Positions 1 through 15,545 of a DNA stretch of 64,000 nucleotides are shown here, piece after piece. Every line of letters begins with the position of its first letter. Position 1 is the stretch's first letter. The notes below the pieces were generated by a model that was not told the DNA's origin, did not search any database, and worked only from the letters and a program-made list of their open reading frames with translations. The translations under genes were made by a program, and so were the position numbers. The DNA comes from the human T2T-CHM13v2.0 reference genome, Homo sapiens, in the NCBI RefSeq assembly GCF_009914755.1, contig NC_060934.1. One strand, written 5' to 3'.

Positions 1-856
1 ATATAATTTGACATTTCATTAAGCCAGTTTGGGGTCCTTTCGGCTGAGGAATGTCTGTATGCCGCACGTATACATGTGTGATTCTTTATGTTTTTACATG
101 ACATCTTCAAGGCAGGGTCTCCATTCTGCTTCCTACAATTGCCCCACAAAACTCTTCCATTGAATGAAGCAAAAAGTCATCCTGCATCATAGGAAAAGCT
201 CATTCCTTCATGGGCCATAGAAGTATCATTTTACCTTTGATTGAGATGATGCTGATATAAAGGTGACAGGTGCAAGCACGCTTAATGACATTCTAAATGA
301 GCCCTGAGAGGTTGTCATTGAGCCTGCCTCTTCCTGTGTGCTTGGTCGGGGAGGACAGTTGGAAAATTCACAATACTTCATAATAAATCTGACCACATTG
401 AGTCATCTGTTTGAAGAGCCATTCATTTCATTTAAGATTATAAACCAGCTATATCTTATTCTTGCTGGCTCTTTGTGTTGCCAGGCAGACTTTGGAAATG
501 GGAGGTGTCCCGATTCTCTGACTCTTGCGGCTGGGGGTTCATTAACCTTTTGCTTGGATATGGAAGGCGGCTTCTCCATTCAACAAGCACTACTTGGCCA
601 CCCCTAACTTAGTGGAGTGCCTGGATGGCTTGGCTCAAACAGATACTAGAAATTAACTAAAAAATATAGTTACTTAACTTTTACAAACTGAAATTAGTTA
701 ATTAGCATATATGATCTACAGAAACAGTGCCTATATACAACATTTCTGAAAAGGCCTGTATACCATGGAGTAAGGAAAATACCCTGTTTGAATCTTGCTT
801 TGTGCTACTTAGGAAAGAGATAAGATGTTTTCCAAGAGGCTTCCAAGAAACAGTGC

Positions 857-1596
<740 letters not shown>

Positions 1597-4120
1597 AATA
1601 TGATACTGAATTTCAGAGAGCACACTGATACAGTCTGTGTGAGGCTCCTGGATAAAAGTGTGCTCATGTAAGATCTTACAGGTTTGTTGACAGTGTTTAC
1701 AATGAGGCTTCTGTCTAAGAAAACAATAGCATATCAAGGAACCAAGATAATCTTACAGTAGATGAAATTCCTAATAAATTACTTTGTTTAGATTTTAGAG
1801 TTTCCTGTTGTAGGAAGTTTACAAATATGTTTCAGGAAATCGGTTCTCGAAAATAACACAATGGTGAAGAGAATGTAGTCAGTCTAAGAACATAGGGGCT
1901 GAAGTTACCATGCTCTGGCACAAAATTCAAGGAATTCACCCTTAAAAAATATTCTTCTGATTCTTTTGTGTCATTGAATGTCTTGGTTTTTAGTTGCCAG
2001 ATTGTTTTACATTCTTTCACGCATCAATGATTATAAACAGAATGTCTCTTAAAAGACCTTGATAAACAGTTCACATTTGTAGTAAGAAAAAATATCTCTT
2101 TATTCATGTTATTAATATTATTTCCAAAGCAAGGCTGTTTTAGGCCAGTTAGATAAAAAGGAATGACTTTCAGTCACTAAAATTAATGATTTGCTCTATA
2201 TTGGAAAATACAGAAATGGTACCACAATCCTGTTTTCAATTTTATGAGGATCTCTGCTTCCTTGCTACATTGATTCCTTCCTCTTAGATTTGTGGTCCTC
2301 TAATGAAGCACAGTCACACGGGATGCCCGTGAATGTAACTTTACAGACACAGGAGAAGAAAGTGAGTCTAGAAGTTTTTGGTCTGGTCAAGATGTTGATC
2401 TTGCTGATTTCATGACTTTTGTAGAAATCAAAGGTGCTGAGGCATTTTTATCCTATTTGATGTTTCTGTTATATGTGGAACGTGTAAGCAGTGTGTCTAA
2501 GGATGATGTTAACTGCTGTCAAATTGCTAAAACATATTTCCTGATAATTAACTTTGATCTTCAATTGAATCTTATTGCATGACACATAATTTGCTTATAT
2601 TTCCCACATTCATTTTCATATACCTTTTTTAAAAATAGCCTTCCCTGTATCCTTTTAAAGAAGGAATTTTCATCAAATGCTTGTATGGAAATGGAATAAG
2701 GGACACGAGCTGAAGAAAGCCGCTTACTCTGGTGAGATGGGTTACAGGCCCATTTCAGCACCGCACAGCAGCAGAACTTACCATGCTTATGAAGAATTGA
2801 GTTCCAGCTCTAAAAAAAATATGATGCCAACTTGAAGTGGCAAAGTCAGTAGCAACTGACCATGGAACCATGAAACAGAAAATTATTCCCTCTTAAAAAT
2901 GTACAGTCTGCTCTGTAAAAATAGAGTTGGGATCTGACTTGAAGTGAACCTGGCATCACAAAAACCAAACTTGCCAAGGACCTGCCATGGTGGAGATCAC
3001 ATGCAGGGCCTCCAGGTCCACAGAAAACAAGGCAGTCACCACTCAAGCCAGAAATCCAGTAAGTGGGGGCAATCCCTCCACGCAGCTTTGACCCTTAGTG
3101 CAGGCTTACATTAATGACCAATCTCTGAACCCACAGAAGAGGGAAATGTTGGTTCCGTATATTCATGAAGAATATCTGATTAGGCAGTAGGTGGAGAGAA
3201 AGTAATCATCAGCAGAACATAACTCCTTCCACTATGTAATACAACTGAACATTCACACATGTTCTGTTTAAAAAACATGGAGGAACTCACAGTTTCTTGG
3301 GAGGGCAGGGTTCTATTTGTTTAATGGAGATGGAAGAATGGTCTCTGAGGATACTCCCTGTCTGAGGTCTGGTGCAGAGGAGACACTAAATTTTCAGAGC
3401 AGGGACAGCATAGGGTGAAAACCTCTCCTTTAATTATCTGATGAAGTGGAGCACAAGCCCCCTGCTGGCAAGCCTATCAAAGCTACCTCCCTCCTACATT
3501 CATAACGAGACCCAAATAGTTTTCCCACTGTATTTCCTTTCACAAACATATATAGCTTATATATGACAAAATGGTCCTTGTAAAGCAATAAACCTGGGTT
3601 TCTGACTTCCAAGAATAAGGTTATTTTAAAGACAAACTGTATACTGGCCAGAAGGCATGTAAAGCATTTGCAGTGGTAAAAAGCTAAAAACCTCAGACTT
3701 TGGGCCATTGGGCTTGGAGACAGAACCATCAGAAAACCATCCAAACGGGAACGTCTGGTGAGACCACAGGGCGTCCCAACAGCTGCATGACGAGGGCAAC
3801 CCCAATGCCCTGGCTCACCCCAGTGCTGCGAGGAATTCCTGGTTTGGAAAGTCCTGGTTGAAAATGTTTCTCCATAAAAGAGGTAGGCTTGCCTCTGCTG
3901 AGCTATTTTACATGCCCACCTTTCCTGTGTGCAATTTGCTTTTAAATGGTTCCTAAAACACTGTGGGATATATAAAATTATAAATACAGCTACAGTAAAA
4001 ATAGAGTTAAATCTAAAAAGCATTAAAGGAAAGGATCTATCTTCACAAAGTCTGATAAAAGTAGTGACTTCCTGGGGAATCATTATCAAGGGGAACCAGC
4101 TCCCGATGCCCTTGGCTTAC

Positions 4121-4205
4121 CATGACAATTCCCCCAGACTGGTCTGCCGTGCACATGCTCATGATTGGGGCCATGCCGATGGTGGTCCCTTGGAAATAAA
4201 CCCCA
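4121..4205 (-). CDS. ADAM12: ADAM12 exon 10 (GVYFQGTTIGMAPIMSMCTADQSGGIVM), 85 nt
   Basis: Acceptor ctctcttttatttcctag|T; donor ATG|gtaagc; phase 2 to 0. Confidence 0.97.
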
Positions 4206-6113
4206 CTAGGAAATAAAAGAGAGGACTTTCTTTAATCAAATTAGAACGGGGGCATTCTCTAATATTTAAAAATTCTGTTGGATATTCCTGCAATAAAATA
4301 CGCAAAAATAAAAATAGCTGTATGAGGGTATATTCACATGTGATTTTATCTTTTTTCCCTGAAAATTTTATTTCTGCAGTTGCGTCATGGTTCTGTCATT
4401 TTTTAGAGTTTTGTTTTCAAGACTCAGATGACAACTAGTTATTACTTTTGTACTTATGAGTTGTAATCTGCCTATTTCCTAATGGACTGTAGGAAGCTGC
4501 TCCATTTAAACAATGTCTGCTGATGGAAAGGCTGAAAATAGTCACAGAGAATCACTGTTAACTAAAAGAAATGCATTAGATGGTTTACTAGATTTTCACC
4601 ATAGCTTAACTGCTTTCCTGGGTAACTTACTACAGTTCTGCCAGACACCCAAATTCTTTCAAATTGTCCCGCTAAGATAGCTTGCAAAATTGAAATGGGC
4701 AGAAAAATTATCAACCCTGGAGCCGGTGTAGAACAAGTGAGCACCCACAAAGCCTTGGCACCTAGGGAGGAAGCTTCTGGAAGGGGACTTCATGGCTTCA
4801 ATGCAGTCGTCCTTCTATCTGGAATCTTAACCTGATCATGAATCTAATGACACCAAGGGCCTGTTGAACACAAGTGCTGTTAATTCCAACCTCATGCATG
4901 AAAAACAAAACGCTGTATTTGTTGAATTTCCTTTAAAGGAGTCAAATGACTTACCAATGCTATCTTGGCCATGTATGTATACAGATATATTGTTTGAAAA
5001 GTTAGATATTTTAGCTATGGTCAATTGAACAGAAAGTGGTAAGTGTATATAAAACCTTCTCCCTCCTTCCCTCCCTCCCTCTCTCCCTCCCTCTCTCCCT
5101 CCCTCCCTCTCTATCCACCTATCCCACTATACTTATATTTACAGTGGTAGAAATTTCGGCCTTTATTTACATCTATATAGACTATATGAACAGATATAAT
5201 TATACATGTATATAAATAATAAAGTTACATAAGATGATAATTTATTTCCAGATGTTCAAGTTGGACAGACTCCATTTGGGAAAAATATCAAAACACTCTG
5301 ACTCAAAATACATAAAATGTACTTTTAGTAGTTCAAGACTAATCAATGCATAAAATGTGAGGCAACCACAAATATCCAAGGGTAGGGGCAGGGGGGAACC
5401 CTGTGAAAATGGCCGAAGTAAATTATCAAAGAATGCCAACAGCCTCAGTTCAGACGTAGGCATTTTCTGAAGTGACAATGGGGTAGGACTGGTTTTTTAA
5501 CTTTCCACAAATGTTCAATAGCTACATTGGGTTTGTCAAAGGAAAGTCTCTGTCCCAGAAGCTTTCCTTTCTGTGCTATAAGCCACATGACAACAAAAGA
5601 ATAATAGCACAAAGTATTTAAAGATTTAAATAAAAATTTGTCACTTCTAGAAACATCTACTTCATACTAATTTAGATTGTTCCTTTTTTTTTTAAGTATA
5701 AAAGCATCGGCAACATCTCAACAATTTTTGTGTTATAATAGAGCTATGCTTTGCCTTAGTTTATCATCTTCCAGTTGATCCTGCTGAAATTGTCCTCTTT
5801 ATTGTTGTCTCTCAGTAGAGTGGAGACTTCTGAGAGCAGGGAGATTTACAGTGTTGGTCACCACTGTGTTCAAAGCCCCCCAAACACTCTTTGGTTCCTA
5901 ACGGGTGATGCATATTGATTTAAAGAGGGAACACAAGGTTAATGTGCTATGCTTCCCGGTATTCTCTGATCTAGAAAACCAAAGAGTCACAGCCACAACA
6001 GGAGGAGGAATAAAGTCTTTTTTCCCTCCAGGAATCTGACAGTATTCACCCAAAGTACTGTCCTTAGATATTGTATAAACATACATTTTCCACTAATAAT
6101 GATGAATCTTTAA

Positions 6114-6463
<350 letters not shown>

Positions 6464-6776
6464 TCAGAACAACTTTACATCACAGCTAAAATCAGAAAAA
6501 TTGGTATAGAAGAAAATGTCCGGGTTCTAGAAGAAGGAAATGAGAGTTCTGTAGAGGGACAGGTTTTCCAGGGTGTTCAGAGGGAGACTTTCCTAGCAGA
6601 CCTTCAGTTCCAGGTGAGGGTGGCATCTGCCCCCCTGGTGTGAGCTGAGAAGCCCCCTTGCACAAGGCAGTGTGCTCTGCAGAAAGGTGGCAGCTCCTGG
6701 GGCTGTGCAGGTGAAACGAAGGGCTTCGCCGAGAGCACTCCTTTTTTTTTTAAGCAGACAAGACGTAACTCCCTAC

Positions 6777-6946
6777 CTGACAAGCTGCGCATTGTCATGG
6801 GATTTGCGAGGTAGAAGCTTCATCTTCCTCCAGTCCAGAAATTCATGGAGGCTGGTGAATGGGTCCTGACTTACAGAGCATTTGTCCATGTCATTCCACA
6901 CTTCCACGCCTACCAACACGATCCGAATGTTCAGTGGTCTGTAAAA
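6777..6946 (-). CDS. ADAM12: ADAM12 exon 9 (FYRPLNIRIVLVGVEVW...SHDNAQLV-S), 170 nt
   Basis: Acceptor ctgttttgcccag|TTT; donor CAG|gtaggg; reprolysin HDNAQL motif. Confidence 0.98.
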
Positions 6947-9835
6947 CTGGGCAAAACAGGCAAAACTGGCATTGGAGTTGGGATCACGTTAATAAAAACT
7001 CGAAATGAAAATTAGAACAGATTTGCGTTATTTGAGGGTCACTGACACAGGTGAGAAAAATATCTCTGTGCTCTTTGGTTCCTGTGGTGTTGGAATTTAA
7101 GAAATATTTGCAGTGCCTAATGCAAAGTGATGTGTTAACTAGGTTCTCGAAGATTGACCAATTAGATGCTGAAGTTATCAGCTTTTTTACTGTCTACTTG
7201 CATTTGTATGGAAGCATACATTTCAAATGACTCACTGGTGATTTAAAATGTACATACAGATGTGTATTATAGCTAAAGATGGCCAGTTAATATCCACTGC
7301 AAGTGAAACAATAAGTGAATTAGGATCTTTCAGACACTTCTGCCAAGGACAATAACTTGTTCATTTTGAGCAAAATGTTCTGCTTATTAGTTACTGAAAA
7401 TGAATCTGTATTAATTTTTCAGCAAAGTCTCAGCTCTGGCCAACACTATCATATTCTGTCACCTATAATCAACGCAGGTTTTAATAAAATAAAGAAGTCA
7501 ATATCTTTCAGAATAACAAAGGCATAAACAGAGCCCTTCTTCAGGAACATTAATGACTATCCTCCCCACAGCCAGAAGTTAGCTCACCAACAGTGTCATG
7601 GAAAGGTCTGTTAAATGAAGTTCCTCTTTTATGCGCCTGTGAAACAAAGCATCCGGCACACCACTGAAAGCAAGACTTCTCACTCCCCTGCCTGCCCCCA
7701 CCATCTTTGGGTGTTCCTGACTTCAGCCTATGGCCCATACCTGACTACACCTACAGGCAGGTCGTTCTGGGTCAGGGCAGGGAAAAGCAACTCCTCCAGG
7801 GACTAAGGGATGGCTTTGTCTCATAGGAGTTCAGAGGGCCAGGATGAGCGGTCAGGGTAGAGGTATGACCTACCCATTGTCCTCATAGGCATCACATAGA
7901 CAAGCAGATGGCTTTGTACTCATGGTTGAGGGGGCTAGGACATGGTGTCACCTGGTGGGCTGTCAAATCTTTCAATGCCCCTAGTGTATGAGGCAGCACA
8001 CAGGGAGAAAGCCCTCATCTTCTGAGATCCCAGGTAGCCACGGAGAAAAGGGTGGCTAGTGATAGCAGCCAAAGCCAAGCACCAGATGAAAGCAGGTCCT
8101 ATTCTCAGTTGCTGGAAGCATCTGGCCAATAATAAAACTTATAGAAGTTCTGCATTTGCTAGTTAGGCACCATTCCAACATGGTGAACTAAAGTAGAAGA
8201 AACTGCTCAAAGTTGAACATCTGACCCTAGATTCTAACCCACATAAGGTGAGCTCATCTTTTCCCTTGCTGGTCCCCACAGTCATCTGGTGAGCATTGGG
8301 TTAGCAGGAGAATATGACCGGGATACAAAGTGCATCACAGAATATATGCTGATTGCATTGGTCCAACTTGGTTTCAAACAGATCACAATTACAGACATTA
8401 CATTAATGAGTTAACGAGACGATTACATGACTACAACACAGCCCAACAGTTTGTTTTCAATCAAGAATTGCATGGCCCACGCTATCTACTTGCAAACTCC
8501 CAGCCCAGGCTTCCGGGGCGAAAGTAAGTTCCTGGCCGGCTCTGGAACTCTGAATGCACATGTTTGGCTGCTGTCCACTGAGAGATTACATTTTCAGCTC
8601 TATTATATACAAAGGTAACAGTGATCAGAAAGCAGAAACGGAGGCGATCCAATGCTGATGCTCACACCAGCTTGCTAAGAGATGTCCTTGGGGTCAGACA
8701 CCTTGCGTGGGCTCAGGGTTGGCATCTGGGAAGGAGACACTAGGTTTGCCTCCCAGGAGTGTTGCATGGAGCCAGTAATGAAGGTCAGCAAAGGACTAAT
8801 TGTCATCATTCCTTAGTGCTAGGTTTGCTGCTTCCTCATCAAGGAGCTTTTCATGATAATGATGGGTTTTGCATCTCCACCTACTAGGCTTCTCAAACCA
8901 CATCCTTAGAACAGATTTCATACTTAGTAGTAATATAACAGACAACCTCCCCTCTCCAAAATTAGTGCCATTGTTTGACTGTCATTTATGCTAAACTCAC
9001 ATCAAGTCATCATACATGATGCCTTTGCTGCCTGCTCTAAAAGTTCTTTCCAGGGCTGCTGACGGGTTCCTTTTGATTCTTCCTAATAACCACCACCACA
9101 GCTAATGTTTAGTGAGCATTACTGCATCACAGGCATGATGCCACGGTGGTTTCTGTGCTGTGGCTTAATCCTGAAAACAACTCCATGTGTTAAGAATTAT
9201 TATTATTTCTATTTTATAGTCAAAGACACGGAGGCTTGGAGAAGTCAGGTGACTTAAGATTGCAACTCCATGGCTGGGGTTGGAACACAGGCCAGCTAAC
9301 CCTGACGCTCATGTTTGAACCCACTAGGTAACACTGCCATCTTCTGTGAGCACTAAGACTCCCTTCCAAGACGGCCCACTGTGACCCCAGGCCCGGAGAG
9401 AAGCTCACGGGCCTCTGCTGTACAAATGGAGCTTGGCAGCTGCCTGCCTGACTTACAAAGCCCAGAACATATGTGGACACAGTCAGAGATCCAGCTGAAG
9501 CGATTCACCTGTTTACACAACAGCAACAAATATTTTCTTGCCTCTTGCTGTGGGCTGGGCCGGCAGTGGCAGAGAGAGCAAAGATTTGGATGCCCTCGCT
9601 CCTGCCACCCAAATGCTCAGAGGTCACCAGGGGCTTAAGGCATGGCACACTGAACTGTCAGTTCAGTTAACTCCAATACAGTGAACTGCCAAGCAGTGGT
9701 GCACATAGGAAGTCCAGGGACGCTGCACTGGAGACTTTTGGGAAGAAACAGTGAGGCGGAATCCCCTGGGGTCTAATGAAGGAAACTGCATCCTTCAGGC
9801 AACTGGTTTGGGACAGGAGGAGAAGAAAACTGTCA

Positions 9836-10216
<381 letters not shown>

Positions 10217-12017
10217 TCAGAAGCAGGTCCCTGAATTTGCAGCTGACACTAACTTCCTAATGAATAAGGAGGACAGTCTGGAGGTGAAGGGTGGAAGATG
10301 CAAACTCCACGATAGCTCCATGGGCAGGTGCACTCCCCGGGCTCCTGTGGGAATGTAATGAGGACCCGGGGAAAATTCTCAGCGTCTGGCCTAGAAGCAT
10401 GAGTGTCAGACATGCCTTCTGTGTTTTGCTCATGGGGGGATTTCCTGAACATTCCAGAATGTCACCTTCATCACTAAACCACTCGTCTGTTTTCCAGTCT
10501 AGGATGTCCTCTTTCTCCACGCAGCAAGCAGTTATTAAGTTAGAATGGTCCAGGAGAGCCAAGACTTCAGCAAATGAGGAAGTTGCCACTGGCACAGTCG
10601 TTGTTTTCTGGACTGAGACACTTTCATTTGTAGAGTTGAAAAACTGAAATTTAGAATTGTGTAACAGAGCTGGGAGTCATCTGTTCATAGACTTGGAAGC
10701 ACCAAGTCTCCCAGGGGGCCTGGGTATCTCCTCCAAGGTCTTTGGCGTCTGCTGGGGATGGACAGGGATGTCAGGGCCAGGGGTAGCTGTGTGCTCAGCA
10801 AATCGGCTCTCTCCCTGCCAGAAACACAAGGACAGCCAGGCCGGCAAACTCCACGGAGTCCGTTAGGACTTTTCCGAGGCACAGTGTTTTTTAATTACCA
10901 GTGCAAGTTATTAACAAACCCCTAATTGCTCATTTTTGGTTTTGCAAACTGAAGCAAGATATAACCTAGAATAAATGTGAAGAAATACAAACACAGAGGA
11001 CCCAAACACATCCCTTTTTTAAAATGGGGCTTCAGCAATTTCCAGTTTGGGTTTAATATAGTTTATCATTTCCTTTTGCTCCCGAGGTCTAAGAAGAACT
11101 CGTGTTTTCTTCTCGTTGGACAGTCTGAGGATAGCCTGAGGCCGTTGGGGCAATGGTCCAACTCGCTCACCTTGGAGTGGCACCTGCGCTCCCAGCTCAG
11201 GCACCTAAGCCTTCCGCCCTCTAGGCCAGTGCGTCTCAGTCCCACTTCATGTTAGGATAACTGGAGGACCCTGGAGAATATCTGTGCCTAGGCCCTGTGC
11301 CAGGTCAATCAAATCAGAATCCCTGGGCCAAGGTGTGGGAATCAATATTTCCTAAAGTAAACATATAAACAAATAGACAAACAAACTCCCCTCCAGGGGT
11401 TCTAATGTCCAGTCTAGACCGAGGTCCAGTTCTAACTGCCGTGCTATCTTTGATGTCTCCTCTAAGACCCACCCTTCATCCCCCCTGCCAGGATTTGCCT
11501 TTCACCAGGATTCTCCTGCACCTGGACTATGGGATAAAGTTGAATCTGCAAAGAGTAACTACTGAAAACACATCAACAGGCAGGGGTTGCCAGGAAGTTT
11601 GACCTGCTTCAAAGGTGGACAAGGGCAATATCATCCCAGGATATCAACGGCCATGTGGGTTTTTCTGACTTCCAGAAAGTTCCATGTAGCCATAGCCTCT
11701 CTCTGAGTGGCAAACCCAGATCTCTGACTGTTCAGAGTGCCCTTCAAACTCCTCTTCCTGCTCCCCCTTTCCTGGGGTATGAAGCATCGTCTACCTGCCC
11801 CTCCACTCCAACGAAACTGGCGGTCATGTGGTCTCCCACTCGCCCTCAGCCTCTGCTTGGTCATCATGAGGTCCCGGGACTCACAGCAGGGGGAGTAGAG
11901 TCAAAGCCAAGAGCCCCTGCTGCTGGGAGTTGGCAAGACTAGCACTCATCCCTCGTCCTGCAAATGAATAACCTCTGCCCATCTCAGCCTCCTCTGCTTT
12001 AAAAATAAGAACAATAG

Positions 12018-12486
<469 letters not shown>

Positions 12487-12724
12487 TCAGGCCTTTATCA
12501 TTTCTATGCAATAGGCTCCTCTCAGCCCTATTTGTCTTTGGTTATCCCACCCTCCACACTAACTGCAGGAATATTTTTCTACTATCATGTGTGTCTCTCC
12601 CCTGCTTAAAAACATTCACCTAGCTCTCTATTCACTGCAGAATAACATCAAGATGGCTTCGTAGAACAGCCGGGGCCTTGAGCACCGTGAATCTTTGCAG
12701 CTTCATCTCCTCCTGCCCTAGCTC

Positions 12725-12882
12725 TGCATGCATACATTTGCATACAATATGAGCATGCATGTACACAAACACACATACATGCATGCAGGGCACACACACG
12801 TATGAACACACACATGAACACATATAGGAACACACATGCATGTACATGTACATGAAGCACATACATGTCCACATCACACATA
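12725..12882. repeat. CA/TA-rich alternating purine-pyrimidine low-complexity tract
   Basis: tgcatgcatacat...acacacatgaaca... Confidence 0.8.
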
Positions 12883-14297
12883 CTCCTTCTTCTGCTATGC
12901 TCACGGTGAAACTGAACTTACCTTTGAGGATCCTCTCCCTGCAAAGACTCCCTGGCCCTGGGAAGAAGTAAGTGATTCTCTTCTGCATCCCCATAAACCT
13001 CCATTCATAGCATGGATCTAGTTCTTAATGCCTTGGACCATGCTGTGTGGGTTGCATGTCTGCTTCCCTACACAGCCTTGACGTTCTCAAGTGGAGGGAC
13101 CACATCTGATTCATTCTGAATTATTGATGCAGAGTGCATAAGGTCTTGTAATATGGAGCCGAATTTCTGAAAGGACCTTTGCCTTCATTTTTCTGAAAAC
13201 TTAGAGAATGCAATTCAAATCGAATAAGATTGCTTGGAAACAAGGCTAGAGTGAGGCACCCTCACAAACCACTATGTGTAAAATCTGCTGTTTCAGAGGA
13301 CCATGGATGTGAAAGGCTCAGCCATGACCAGATCCCTTCTCACACTGTCCCCACAGGCAAGAGACTCAGTATTGCTGAGAGACTATGGTTGCTTTAGGAC
13401 AGCGGTCACCATCCACATTGCACATGAGAATTGCTGGGGAGCTTCTGAAAATTCGAGGTCTAACCTCCCCCCCGCCCTGCCCCTTGAGGGCAGCAATGCT
13501 TTCAGAAGCTCACAGGGCAACTCCAATATGCGGGGCTTGTGAGAAGCCTATTTTAGGCTAAGGGTCGTCAGCAGCAAATAGCCAACATCCTCTCCAGCAG
13601 GATACACTGAGGAAGGACAGGTGGTTTAGACAGAGAGCGCTGCCATTTTCTTTGCCGGCCCGCAGTGTGAGGAGCGGTTAGTGAACAAGTACCCCAGGAG
13701 TAGGACCTGGTTTGCAGGGGCTCCTCCAGCAAGGAAATCATCTTTGTGAAAGGTGAGTTTCTGACCTACTTGTTCTTGGCGAGGGATTTTCCAATAGCTG
13801 ATTTAGCTGAAAGTCAACTTCTGTGTTCCAGGACAGTGAAGCCTATGGATCCCTTATAAATGCAAGCCCACCCTCAGGGTTACATTGGTACAGGCCTGCA
13901 ATGATGGGGACAGATTGAAGGGGCCTGTGGGATCCGTCATCGGGAGACCTGGGAGAGGCCCGGCTCAGGAGGAATCCAAAGGATCAGGTGAACTCTGTAG
14001 GGGTTCTGGAGCTAATCGGGAAGTCCAAAACACCCTCAGACTGGTATTCCACCTGACCGGAAGAGAGCCTGGAGGAAGACATGTCACCAAGGCCACCATA
14101 GTCCAGACTGCTGTGGTTTGGCATCTCCTGAAGCTGCCCCAGGACCCAGGAATTACACACTCAGAGGACAGGAAACAGTTCCAAACCAAGGCCCAGAGGC
14201 AGAACCTCATCTCCTTGCTAAGTCAGATGAGGTCCCCCAACCTCATTTCCAAACATTTACATGATCTGAATGATTTAACTACTGAAAAAGAACTTAC

Positions 14298-14369
14298 CTT
14301 GTCAACGTGATTAGCAATCTCTATTAATCGCTGCTTAACTTTTTCCAGATCTTTTCCTTGCCTCTGAAA
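14298..14369 (-). CDS. ADAM12: ADAM12 exon 8 (FQRQGKDLEKVKQRLIEIANHVDK), 72 nt
   Basis: Acceptor aaaattgttaag|TTT; donor AAG|gtaagt; phase 0-0; lies within ORF 14223..14414. Confidence 0.96.
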
Positions 14370-15479
14370 CTTAACAATTTTAAATGGCAGCATTAATACC
14401 AGCAAGAATATCAATCACGTTTCATCTTCCTGGCTTCTGGAAATGTGAAGTCTTGGGATTTTACAAACCACTGGGGACCCTCCACAGTTCACGGTAAAAT
14501 GAGCTTGCATCCTGCCGACTAACTTTCCCGGCTGGGGACTCCCTGAAATTCCCTGAAATTTGCCTAAGCCAAGTGCTCTCAAGACAGCAACTTCTGCAAT
14601 TTTCCAGCCTCATAAATGATGGAGGCAGTGACTTGTTTTGGCAAAGAGGAAACAGACAACTAGAAGTCAGTCCAAAGCCATTTTTCATATCATCAACTTG
14701 ATTTTAACTTCCTGAGAAATTTTCTTTATATTTGTTTTTAAAAATTAAAAAGTAAAAGTCATAGAAGCTCATGGCAGCTTGTCAAACAATACAGAGGAGA
14801 ATAGACAAAAAAATCAACAAATTTCCCATTCCCCTCTCTAATCTGACCTTCCAGAATGGGAATCATTTTCTGAAAAATAGTCAAGCCTGTTTCATTCATA
14901 GGTGTTGAAAGAGTCTATGAGAAAATATCACCCAATCACCCAATTCATATATGCCAATGAGGCAGTAAATACAGAGAAGATAATCTTTAGAAAAACTAAT
15001 TCAAAATTAATTAAAATAAAAAATGAATGTAGTATCAAGCTATAGCTCAGAGGGGAGGATTTTTCTGCTGTGTCTCTATAGCCTTCATTCATACCTTCAT
15101 TTATTCATTTTGATTAATGACATATGGGATATTTTTTAAATGTCCCATTTTAAAGACTAAACTTTTCCCCAAAATGTTTTAGAATATAATCTAAAGCCTT
15201 CTGTCATTCCTCTCAGTTAATTCTCCTTGTTTGGAGAGCTGAGCTATAGAGCAACTCTGTTTTTTCCTGCAGGCTTTGCCATTACTTTATATATCAAATA
15301 AATTTTTAATATTGTATGCTTTATAAAATCAGAAAACCATTGTTTCAATGGGTTGTTTCCATTGCTTTTAAGAGCACATAGGAAATGAGGTTCATTAAAG
15401 CAAGTAATAACTTGCAAAACATGTCCTTTTTTCTTTTATCTCTAACCAACCATACTGAGAAATTTTAAAAAGTTCTTAC

Positions 15480-15545
15480 CTCTCGGTTGTCTGCCACGAT
15501 CACCAGCTCCACATACTTAGTTGCCTTGAGGGTCTCTCTTTTATG
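15480..15545 (-). CDS. ADAM12: ADAM12 exon 7 (HKRETLKATKYVELVIVADNRE), 66 nt; completes the furin site and starts the catalytic domain
   Basis: Acceptor tttactcttggcag|CAT; donor GAG|gtaaga; reprolysin KYVELVIVAD motif; phase 0-0. Confidence 0.97.

Noticed and set aside
3430-4089. 219-aa sense ORF just after exon 10, a possible alternative last exon
   Set aside because: TTG start, out of frame with exon 10 (intron read-through stops after 25 codons), and no recognisable domain
14370-15479. U12-type intron as an explanation for the weak exon 8 acceptor
   Set aside because: The donor is GTAAGA rather than RTATCCTT, and no TCCTTAAC branch site is present
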